A stretch of 64,000 nucleotides of DNA from NCBI GenBank assembly GCA_011523505.1, contig WTGP01000019.1, positions 189,151 to 253,150 on the forward strand. Direction: 5' to 3'. This stretch comes from Gammaproteobacteria bacterium (GTDB taxonomy: Bacteria > Pseudomonadota > Gammaproteobacteria > Steroidobacterales > Foliamicaceae). Position 1 is the stretch's first letter. Each line of letters begins with the position of its first letter. The notes beneath the pieces were generated by a model. The model was not told the origin of the DNA. It saw only the letters and a program-made list of their open reading frames with translations, and did not search any database. Below are positions 49,824 to 62,877 of this stretch, piece by piece. Both the position numbers and the translations under genes were made by a program.

Positions 49824-51642
49824 CGGACTTGGCGAGGTTGCGGGGGCGGTCCACGTTATGGCCCTTCTGCACCGCCACGTGGTAGGCGAGCAGCTGCAGC
49901 GGCACGGTGTAGAGCACGGGCGCCTGCAGCGCCGTGGCGGGCGCCGGCAGACGGAGCGCGATCATGCCGTCCTCGTGCCCCAGGTTGGCGTCCGGGTCGG
50001 ATACCACGAAGAGCCGGCCTCCGCGCGCGCGGACTTCCTCGAGATTGGAGCGGAGCTTGTGCAGCAGCCCGTCGTTCGGGGCCAGCGCCACGATCATCAT
50101 CCGGTCGTCCACGAGCGCCAGCGGGCCGTGCTTCAGTTCGCCCGCGGCATAAGCCTCGGCATGGATATATGAAAGCTCCTTGAGCTTGAGCGCGCCTTCC
50201 ATGGCCACCGGCCACATCGGTCCGCGTCCCAGGAACAGCACATGCTCGCGGCCCCGGAAATGCCCGGCCAGTTCCGCAAGCCGCCCGTCCATTTCCAGCA
50301 ACTGTTCGATCAGGCCGGGCAGCGCCGCGGCCTCCTGCGTAAGGCTGCGGATTTCCGCCTCGCTGTTGCCCCGCGCACGGGCCAGCGCCAGCGCGATCAT
50401 CGCCAGCGCCGCCAGCTGGGTGAGCAGGGCCTTGGTGGACGCTACGCCCACTTCCAGGCCGGCGCGGGTCAGCAGGCTATGCTCGACGTTGCGGACCAGG
50501 CTGCTGGTCGCGACGTTGCTCAAGGCCAGCACCGCCGCGTAGCCACGGGCGCGGGCCGCGCGGGTTGCCGCCAGCGTGTCCGCCGTCTCTCCCGACTGGG
50601 AAATGGCGAGGAAAAGGCAGTTCGGCGGGCAGGGCGGAGGGCGATAGCGGTATTCGCTGGCGATCTCCACGGTGCAGGGCAGGTTCGCGTAATCCTGTAT
50701 CCACTGCCGCGCGACCAGGCCGGCGTTGAAGGCGCTGCCGCAGGCGGCGATATGCACGGCCGTGATTTCACCCAGCTTGGCGCCCACTTCGGGACCGAAC
50801 ATGGACGCATCCGGCAGGCCGCCGGAAATCAGCGGCAGCAGCGTATCGCGGACCGCCCGGGCCTGCTCGAAGATCTCCTTTTGCATGTAGTGCCTGTAGG
50901 CGCCCCGCTCCACCGACTCGGGGCCGAACTCGCTCTCCACCACCGGCCTTTCCACGGCTTCGCCGCCGGCGCCGGTGATCGCCACGCTGCCGGGGCTGAG
51001 CAGCGCCAGGTCGCCATCGCGCAAAAAGCGGTAGCGGCGCGTGACCGGGAGCAGCGCGGCAATGTCGGAAGCGGCATAGTTCTCCGACTCGCCCAGGCCG
51101 ACCACCATCGGTGCGCCGCGATGGGCGGCCAGGATCGCTTCCGGCTCCGCGGCGGCCAGCACGACCACGGAGAAACTGCCCTTCAATCGCGCCAGCGCAT
51201 CGCGCGCGGCCGCAACAAGTTCCTTGCCTGCGCGCATTTCCGCGTCGATGAGGTGGGCGATGCATTCGGTGTCCGTTTCGCTCGAGAAAACCACGCCCGC
51301 GGCCGTGAGCTCCTCCTTGATTGCCTCGTAGTTCTCGACGATGCCGTTGTGCGCAACCGCCACCCGTTCGCCCGCGAATATGGGATGAGCGTTTTGTTCC
51401 GTGGGCGCGCCGTGCGTGGCCCAGCGCGTGTGGGCGATACCGACCTCGCCCTCAAGGGGCGCCTTTTCGAATTCCTCGACCAGCCGGGCCACGTTCCCGG
51501 GCCGGCGAAGGCGTTTCAGGCCGCCGTTTTCGAGCAGCGCCAATCCGGCGGAGTCGTAGCCTCGGTACTCCAGGCGGCGCAGCCCATCCAGCAACAGCGG
51601 GGCGATGTCCCGCTCGGCCGCGACTCCGACGATTCCGCACAT
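49810..51642 (-). CDS. glmS: Glutamine--fructose-6-phosphate transaminase
   Basis: MCGIVG, LEYRGYDSAG, HTRWATHG, SQSGETAD, GELKHGP, PRNLAKSVTV. Confidence 0.98.
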   Translation of the reverse strand: MCGIVGVAAERDIAPLLLDGLRRLEYRGYDSAGLALLENGGLKRLRRPGNVARLVEEFEKAPLEGEVGIAHTRWATHGAPTEQNAHPIFAGERVAVAHNGIVENYEAIKEELTAAGVVFSSETDTECIAHLIDAEMRAGKELVAAARDALARLKGSFSVVVLAAAEPEAILAAHRGAPMVVGLGESENYAASDIAALLPVTRRYRFLRDGDLALLSPGSVAITGAGGEAVERPVVESEFGPESVERGAYRHYMQKEIFEQARAVRDTLLPLISGGLPDASMFGPEVGAKLGEITAVHIAACGSAFNAGLVARQWIQDYANLPCTVEIASEYRYRPPPCPPNCLFLAISQSGETADTLAATRAARARGYAAVLALSNVATSSLVRNVEHSLLTRAGLEVGVASTKALLTQLAALAMIALALARARGNSEAEIRSLTQEAAALPGLIEQLLEMDGRLAELAGHFRGREHVLFLGRGPMWPVAMEGALKLKELSYIHAEAYAAGELKHGPLALVDDRMMIVALAPNDGLLHKLRSNLEEVRARGGRLFVVSDPDANLGHEDGMIALRLPAPATALQAPVLYTVPLQLLAYHVAVQKGHNVDRPRNLAKSVTVD

Positions 51643-51661
51643 CAGGGCCTGACCGGCGGGG

Positions 51662-53011
51662 CTAGCGCTTCTTCAACGGCAGCGATTTCTGCCGCGACCG
51701 GGCCACGGTGAGCTGGTCCGCCGGCGCCGGCTTGGTGATCGTGGAACCGGCGCCGATCATGGCGCCGGCGCCGACTTCCACCGGGGCCACCAGCTCCACG
51801 CCCGAGCCGATAAACGCGCCTTCGCCGATCACCGTGCGGTGCTTTCGCTTCCCGTCGTAATTGCAGGTAATCACGCCGGCGCCGATGTTCACGTCACTGC
51901 CGACCTCGGAATCGCCGACGTAACTCAGGTGCGATGCCTTGGCGCCGTCGCCCAGCTCGCTGTTCTTGACCTCGACGAAATTGCCGACCCGCGCTTCTTC
52001 TCCCAGCCTGGCCTGTGGCCGCAGCCGGGCGAAGGGACCCACACGGGCCCGCGCCCCGATGTGGGCGCCGTCCACCACGCAATGCGGTTCAATGCGCGCG
52101 CCCTCGTCGATCCGGGTGTCCGAAACCACGCTGTAGGCGCCGATGCTCGCCCCGTCGCCCAGGACGATCTCCCCTTCGAGGACCACGCCCACGTCGAGGA
52201 ACACGTCCCGGCCCGCCTGAACGTCGGCGCGGATCTCGATACGTTCGGGATCCGCAATCCGCACGCCCGCCTCCATCAATTCGCCGGTTCGCCGGCGCCG
52301 AAGCAAGCGTGCGGCTTCGGCGAGCTGCGCGGGGCTGTTGACGCCCAATGCCTCGTCCGGCCCACAGGTCCTGACCGCGCGCACGGGCGTGCCCTCGGCA
52401 AGTGCGATATCAACGGTGTGGGTAAGGTAGATTTCCTGTTTTGCCCCGGAAGGCTTCAGCGCCCCGCAAGCCTCGCCCAGCCAATCGCCGGGCGCCGCCA
52501 TCGGCCCGACATTGATTTCGCGCACAAGCCGCTGCTCGGGAGTGGCGTCCGCATGCTCGACGATCCCCGCTACAGCGCCGTCAGGCCCCCGGATGATGCG
52601 TCCGTAACCCGATGGGTCCTCCACTTCGGCCGTCAGCAGCGACACGCCGGTGTCGTCGGCCACCAGCCGCCCAAGCGTTTCGCCGGTCACCAGCGCGACA
52701 TCCGAGTACAGGACCAGGACGCGCGCGCCGGGATCGATTGCCGGCAGCGCCTGGATTACGGCGTGTCCCGAACCCAGTTGCTCGCGCTGTTCGACCCAGT
52801 CGATCGGCGCCCCGGAGAAAGCTGCGCGCACCGGTTCGGCGCCGTGACCGCAGACCACCACGATGCGATCGGGCTCGAGGACGGCCGCGCCGTCGATTAC
52901 GTGAGCCAGCAGCGGCTTGCCCGCCAGCAGGTGCAGCGGCTTGGGCATGGCGGAGCGCATCCGCGTGCCCTGGCCGGCGGCCAGGATGACCACGTTCAGG
53001 GCCCCGGCCAT
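51662..53011 (-). CDS. glmU: Bifunctional UDP-GlcNAc pyrophosphorylase / GlcN-1-P acetyltransferase
   Basis: LAAGQGTRM.S..PK, hexapeptide repeats, GNFVEVK, HLSY.GD, NYDG; start ATG 53011 overlapping the amidase stop (TGATG). Confidence 0.97.
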   Translation of the reverse strand: MAGALNVVILAAGQGTRMRSAMPKPLHLLAGKPLLAHVIDGAAVLEPDRIVVVCGHGAEPVRAAFSGAPIDWVEQREQLGSGHAVIQALPAIDPGARVLVLYSDVALVTGETLGRLVADDTGVSLLTAEVEDPSGYGRIIRGPDGAVAGIVEHADATPEQRLVREINVGPMAAPGDWLGEACGALKPSGAKQEIYLTHTVDIALAEGTPVRAVRTCGPDEALGVNSPAQLAEAARLLRRRRTGELMEAGVRIADPERIEIRADVQAGRDVFLDVGVVLEGEIVLGDGASIGAYSVVSDTRIDEGARIEPHCVVDGAHIGARARVGPFARLRPQARLGEEARVGNFVEVKNSELGDGAKASHLSYVGDSEVGSDVNIGAGVITCNYDGKRKHRTVIGEGAFIGSGVELVAPVEVGAGAMIGAGSTITKPAPADQLTVARSRQKSLPLKKR

Positions 53012-54450
53012 CAGGCGGACCCTTCGTATCGTGGACAGAGGCCGGTCCATGGGCGCGCGCGTTCCAGTTGCGCGGCCAGACCGAACAGCAGGCCTTCGCC
53101 GCCTTGCGGGGCGGCGAGCTGCACGCCGATCGGCAGGCCCCCGGGCGACCGGCCGAGCGGCAGGGAGACGGCGGGCTGACCGGTCACGTTGAGCAATTGC
53201 GTAAAGGCCGTGTAGCGATTGGTGACATGCATGTAGCCCTTCAGGTCCTCGGTGTCCATGTCGATCTCGCCCAGGCGCGGCGCCGGGGCCGCCGTGGTCG
53301 GGGAAAGTATGACGTCATATCGGTCGCAGAATTCTCCCATCCGGCGCCCAATGTAATGGATATGGCTCATCGCCGCAGCATATTCCGACGCGCTGGCTTC
53401 CGCCCCGGCCCGCGCCATACGCCAGGTCACGTACGACACGTCCTCCCGACGGAATTCGCGGCCCAGCGCCTCGCAGCGCGCCTGAATGTCGGCGTTGACG
53501 TGCGAGCTCAGGATCAGCGTGGCGCAGTTGTGAAGCTGCTCGGGCGACAGCGGACAACGCGCCTCCTCCACCTGATGGCCGAGTTCTTCGCACAAGCGGG
53601 CCGTGTCCCTGCCCACTTCGATCACGTCGGGGTCCACGGGCGCTCCATTGAACGAGTCCTGAACAAGCGCCACGCGCAATGCGCCCGTCGGTTTTTCCAG
53701 CGTTTCCATCCACGTCCCGCGGTGGGCCGGCGGATGATAGGGGTCCCCGGGTTCCGGACCCTCCACCGCGTCCAGGAACGCCGCGGAATCGCGCACGCTG
53801 CGGGTAATCACGTGATTCTGGGCCATGCCGGCCCAGCCCTCGGCCCGGTCCGGGCCGGTGGGGACGCGGCCGCGGGTGGGCTTGAGTCCGACCAGGCCGC
53901 AAAGGGCGGCCGGTATGCGGATGGAGCCTCCGCCATCGCTGCCGTGCGCTGCCGGGACGATGCCGGCCGCAACGGCCGCCGCCGCGCCGCCGCTGGAGCC
54001 GCCCGGCGAGTATTCGGGATTCCAGGGGTTCAATGTCGGCCCGGTCACGGCCGGCTCGGTGGTGACCGCCAGCGCCAGTTCCGGCGTATTGGTCTTTCCG
54101 AAAATCACCAGCCCGGCCTGCCGGTAGCGGCGAACCAGGGTGGTATCCCGCTCGGCCACGAACCCGTCAAACAGGCGGCAGGCGTAGCCGGTGGGCTCTC
54201 CTCCGTAGTGGGCGCCGACATCCTTCAACAGGAAGGGCACGCCGGCAAGCGGGCCATTGCGCCCCTTTTCGGTCACGGTTCCGCGGGCGCGATCAAGAAA
54301 AGCATGGACCACCGCGTTGACCGAGGGGTTGCGCCGTTCACAGCGCTCGATGGCCGCCTCCAGCAGCTCCGCGGCTTCGACCTGACCGGAGCGCACCAGC
54401 CCGGCCAGGCCGACGGCGTCATACGATTCGTATTCGGGAAAAATGCTCAC
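53011..54450 (-). CDS. Amidase-signature family amidase
   Basis: GVPFLLKD, GKTNTPE, PGGSSGGAAAAVA, GSDGGGSIRIPA, G.PAVSLP; start probably GTG 54450. Confidence 0.92.
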   Translation of the reverse strand: MSIFPEYESYDAVGLAGLVRSGQVEAAELLEAAIERCERRNPSVNAVVHAFLDRARGTVTEKGRNGPLAGVPFLLKDVGAHYGGEPTGYACRLFDGFVAERDTTLVRRYRQAGLVIFGKTNTPELALAVTTEPAVTGPTLNPWNPEYSPGGSSGGAAAAVAAGIVPAAHGSDGGGSIRIPAALCGLVGLKPTRGRVPTGPDRAEGWAGMAQNHVITRSVRDSAAFLDAVEGPEPGDPYHPPAHRGTWMETLEKPTGALRVALVQDSFNGAPVDPDVIEVGRDTARLCEELGHQVEEARCPLSPEQLHNCATLILSSHVNADIQARCEALGREFRREDVSYVTWRMARAGAEASASEYAAAMSHIHYIGRRMGEFCDRYDVILSPTTAAPAPRLGEIDMDTEDLKGYMHVTNRYTAFTQLLNVTGQPAVSLPLGRSPGGLPIGVQLAAPQGGEGLLFGLAAQLERARPWTGLCPRYEGSA

Positions 54451-54463
54451 GCGCGGGATACAA

Positions 54464-54498
54464 GTATCCACATTTTCTGTGGAAAAACTTGTGGGGAA
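54464..54498. promoter_or_regulatory. Cluster of three DnaA boxes with DARS-like geometry
   Basis: GTATCCACA-TTTTC-TGTGGAAAA-ACT-TGTGGGGAA: box I opposite to boxes II and III, spacers 5 and 3 nt. Confidence 0.75.
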
Positions 54499-54559
54499 CT
54501 GCCGAAATCAAGCCCGAAAAGCGCGCCGTTGTAACACTTTCCGGACTTTGGTGAAAAAT

Positions 54560-54976
54560 TCAGTCCTGTCCGCGAAGTTTCTTCAGCGCACGGTGGCGCG
54601 CGGCGGCCTCGGCAAGGTCGCGCTGGGCCTTTTCGATGTCGGATTTTTCGGTGGCGCCCTCCAGGGCTTCCTCGGCCTGCCTGCGCGCTTCCTCGGCGGC
54701 GTTCACGTCCAGCTGGTCCGGCCGGAGCGCCGAATCGGCCAGCACGATCACGGCGTCGGGCTGAATCTCGAGCAAGCCTCCGGTCACGTAGAACAGCCGC
54801 TCGTCCTCGCCCTCGCGCTGCACCCGCACCGGCCCGGGACGCAGTTCGGTCAGGAGCGGAGCGTGCCGCGGCGCGATGCCGACATCGCCCTGCGACGCGG
54901 GCGCAACGACGAAATCCGCGTCGCCGGAGTAGATTGCGCCCTCGGCGCTGACGATGTCTATGTGAATGGAAGCCAC
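54560..54976 (-). CDS. atpC: F1 ATP synthase epsilon subunit
   Basis: IDIVSAE, G.VGI.P.HAPL, GGLLEIQP; GTG start 54976. Confidence 0.95.
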   Translation of the reverse strand: MASIHIDIVSAEGAIYSGDADFVVAPASQGDVGIAPRHAPLLTELRPGPVRVQREGEDERLFYVTGGLLEIQPDAVIVLADSALRPDQLDVNAAEEARRQAEEALEGATEKSDIEKAQRDLAEAAARHRALKKLRGQD

Positions 54977-54978
54977 GA

Positions 54979-57250
<2,272 letters not shown>

Positions 57251-57286
57251 TTGCCGGATTCCTGCCGTTGCTCCGGGCCGCGCCGC

Positions 57287-58828
<1,542 letters not shown>

Positions 58829-58855
58829 TCCAATACCCGTTTTCCTTTTTTGGGC

Positions 58856-59407
58856 CTAGTTCCCGGGCCGGCCGAGTGCGGCGGCCAGAGTGCTCAGCCC
58901 GGCCCGAGCCGAACCGTCGAGGACCTGGTCGCCCACCTGTACGCGGACTCCGCCCAGAAGGTTTTCATCCAATTCGAAGCGAAAATCCACTTCGCGTCCG
59001 AGGCGCGCCTTGAGCGCTCCGGCGATTGCCTCCTGCTGCTCCACGTCGAGCGGCGCCGCCGAGACCAGCACCGCTTCGACCCGCCGGGAGTCTTCGCGCC
59101 ACAACTGCTCGAACTGCTCCGCGATCGCGCCGAGCGCGCCCATGCGGCGGTTTTCCCGAAGCAGGCGCATCAGGTTGCGCACGCCGTCGATTTCCCAGGC
59201 CGCCGCGTCTTCCAGCAGTTGGCAGAGCAGTTCGGTCGCCGCCCCGCTCGTATCGGAGGTTTCCAGCGCCGCGCGCATTTGCGGGTCCGCGGCAGCCGAC
59301 GCGGCGGTCTTCAGCGCCGCCGACCACTGGGCCACGCCGCCGCGGTCCTTCGCATGGGCGAAGGCCGCCCGCGCGTAGGGCCTGGCAATGGCGCCGTGCG
59401 AGTCCAT
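58856..59407 (-). CDS. atpH: F1 ATP synthase delta subunit
   Basis: ARPYARA.F, LLGGV.V.VGD.VLDGS. Confidence 0.95.
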   Translation of the reverse strand: MDSHGAIARPYARAAFAHAKDRGGVAQWSAALKTAASAAADPQMRAALETSDTSGAATELLCQLLEDAAAWEIDGVRNLMRLLRENRRMGALGAIAEQFEQLWREDSRRVEAVLVSAAPLDVEQQEAIAGALKARLGREVDFRFELDENLLGGVRVQVGDQVLDGSARAGLSTLAAALGRPGN

Positions 59408-59877
59408 CAGATCCGGTTGGCGAAGCGCTGCAGCATGGCGCCGTGCACGCCCGCGTCGATCTCGCGCTGGAGGATCTTTTCGGCGCCGGCAATCGCCAGC
59501 TCCGCCACCTGCTCGCGGAGTTCGTCGCGGGCCTGCATGGTCTCGCGTTCGATCTCCGAGTGGGCCGACTCGACCAGCCGCAGGCGCTCGCGTTCGCCCT
59601 CCTCGCGCGCTTCATCCACGATGCGCGACGCTCGCCCGTTGGCCTGCTCGATGATCTCCGAGGCCTGGCTGCGCGCCTCCGAGACGAGCTGCTCGATCCG
59701 GCCCTGCGCCGCGTCCAGTTCGCTGCGCCCGCGGGCCGCGGCTTCCAGGCCGTCGGCAATTTCCTTGTTGCGCTGGTCGATGGCCTCGAGCACCTGCGGC
59801 CAGATGAACTTCATCGTGAACCAGACGAGCGCCAGGAATACCAGGCATTGCGCCAGCAGTGTCGCGTTGATGCTCAT
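59407..59877 (-). CDS. atpF: Fo ATP synthase subunit b
   Basis: MSINATL..Q...F..LVWFTMKFIWP, coiled coil, GAEKIL.REID. Confidence 0.96.
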   Translation of the reverse strand: MSINATLLAQCLVFLALVWFTMKFIWPQVLEAIDQRNKEIADGLEAAARGRSELDAAQGRIEQLVSEARSQASEIIEQANGRASRIVDEAREEGERERLRLVESAHSEIERETMQARDELREQVAELAIAGAEKILQREIDAGVHGAMLQRFANRI

Positions 59878-59886
59878 AAGCGATGC

Positions 59887-61065
<1,179 letters not shown>

Positions 61066-61074
61066 TCAACTCCC

Positions 61075-61479
61075 CTAATTCGCTGCTGGGGCGGCAGGAG
61101 GACTGCCTTCCCCCAGCACCGCCGGCAGCAGCCCGGCCCAGTATCCCAGCATCGTGGCCACGAATCCGGCCAGCAACCCCAGGAAAACCAGGTCGAGGAC
61201 GATGATGCAGACGGCGAAACCCACCGCGCAAACGACCAGTTTTGCCGCTTCGCCCACCAGCAACATGGCGAGCATCTGGCCGGGCGTGGCGCCGCTGCAC
61301 ACCCGCAGCAGGCCGGCAACCGTGAACAGGCTGCCCAACAGACCGATGAAAGCGCCGGCAAGGGCGGCCATGCCGGCCGCGCGGCCGAATGCCAGCCAGG
61401 CGACCGCGCCCGCAATGGCGCCGGCCGCAGCCTGCACCAACACCAGACGCATGGCCGACTTTCGCATGGATTCAAACAT
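61075..61479 (-). CDS. atpI: ATP synthase protein I
   Basis: 4-TM hydrophobic protein with GE..K motif, first gene of the atp operon. Confidence 0.85.
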   Translation of the reverse strand: MFESMRKSAMRLVLVQAAAGAIAGAVAWLAFGRAAGMAALAGAFIGLLGSLFTVAGLLRVCSGATPGQMLAMLLVGEAAKLVVCAVGFAVCIIVLDLVFLGLLAGFVATMLGYWAGLLPAVLGEGSPPAAPAAN

Positions 61480-62118
61480 AAAAACGCCACCTGCCCTCTA
61501 TCGGCTGGGGTGGCACTCGCCGGCCATCGCCGGATTCACTTCGACGAACCGCAATTGTACTCCGAGTTTCGCTTTGCGACGTCGAATTCTTGGGGTGTGC
61601 TGAGTTGCATCTCGACCCCAATACCGACGATCGCGTACCTACACGCAATCAAAGCCGAGGAATCATAGCGAATTTAGTGGTTTCTGTGGATGGACACGGC
61701 AGGTTGAGCGTCCCTCGGCTTACTGCTGTTTGTCTCAAATTGACTTAGTTACATGGATTGATTGATCAAGATTGAGAACTCTGATAACCGCGGCTAGACC
61801 GGACAGCGGCCTCTTAACGCTGTCAGATATTTCATCCGAAGTGATCCAGTGTTCGGTAGGCTTTCAAAACAAATTAGGAACGAACTCTCGCGAAGATGCG
61901 CCTCCCATTTACACTCAGTTTCCTGGAGTGGCAACAGGGCGCAAGAATCGTATAGCTTCCTTTCCCCATTTGGATTCTATGACGTATTTGATTTTGTTAT
62001 TCGATACGATGGATTTCGTGTAGTTATGAAATAAGACCTAACAAATTACGGTAAAATACTATCTAGGGAAGTTCAATTTTCTCTACCGTAACTAAAAACA
62101 AATTGGGGGAATAAGAAA

Positions 62119-62496
62119 ATGAAGGGACCAAGAAACTTTCTTGCGGGCTTAGTTGCAGGTTTCGGAATTCTATGTGTTTGCACGACGATCTTATCGTCGG
62201 CGTTGGATGCAACCGACGTGGAAGGAGAACGCCTAGGGACTACGGTCGCCACAATGACAGGTAGTTGTGCGAGCGTCACTAGTGATATACACGCCAGATC
62301 TTTGGACTCTGGTGTTGCGTCTCGCAATGCGGGGATGGGTGCAGGGACAGCTGTATTAACTGGAGCATGGTGGTATACGGAGCCAAACTGCGAAGGTTTT
62401 GCTTTGCCATTTGCCCCCGGTGCAGCCGTTATAGCGTGCTTGATGGTTCCTGCTAGTTCCATCGAACTATTGGGCTTCATATGCATCAATTGCTGA
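62119..62496 (+). CDS. Small exported/hydrophobic Cys-containing protein of unknown function
   Basis: GGGGGA RBS, signal-like N-terminus, Gly/Ala-rich body, C-terminal CINC. Confidence 0.55.
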   Translation: MKGPRNFLAGLVAGFGILCVCTTILSSALDATDVEGERLGTTVATMTGSCASVTSDIHARSLDSGVASRNAGMGAGTAVLTGAWWYTEPNCEGFALPFAPGAAVIACLMVPASSIELLGFICINC

Positions 62497-62508
62497 TACG
62501 ACTAAGTT

Positions 62509-62772
62509 GTGAAGTCAACGACCGTTAAGTCTGGATCGTTCCTGCACATGAGTGTGCGCGCCGTACTTGTGGGCGTTCTTCTTACGCTGTTTATTACCTT
62601 GATAACCTCGCAGATGCCTGTGCCAGAAGGAACGACAAGGCAATTTGCAGGCTTGAAACCGACAATTGGATTCATCGGTTTCATTTATGGTCTGTATACG
62701 TTGGATTGGTTGGCAAAGCTTGCGGCAAGTGCGCTCATGAGCAAGCGAAGCACGCCAAACGGGAGCCACTAA
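62509..62772 (+). CDS. Small 2-TM membrane protein of unknown function
   Basis: Two hydrophobic segments; 12 nt after the previous ORF; start uncertain. Confidence 0.45.
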   Translation: MKSTTVKSGSFLHMSVRAVLVGVLLTLFITLITSQMPVPEGTTRQFAGLKPTIGFIGFIYGLYTLDWLAKLAASALMSKRSTPNGSH

Positions 62773-62877
62773 ACCAGGATTGCTGGCGAACAATAGGGCC
62801 GCTGAATTGCGTGCTAAGGAATCGAGGGCTTCTGCAGCGCGATAGGCTCTAGAACAAGTTAGAAGCCAATTTGAAAG

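Larger units (their letters stand above)
61650..62870. other. Low-GC islet (probable horizontally acquired DNA)
   Basis: Visibly AT-rich relative to flanks, strongest at ~61960-62120; boundaries approximate; no transposase or terminal repeats seen. Confidence 0.7.

Noticed and set aside
61680-62110. Possible oriC (AT-rich region near the atp operon)
   Set aside because: Only a poor DnaA-box match (TGTGGATGG) was seen, with no box array or DUE-like repeats; better explained as a foreign islet.
61772-62489. Other small ORFs in the islet (61772-62023, 61849-62034, 62073-62489 minus)
   Set aside because: No clear RBS or protein-like features; they overlap each other or the better-supported ORF.
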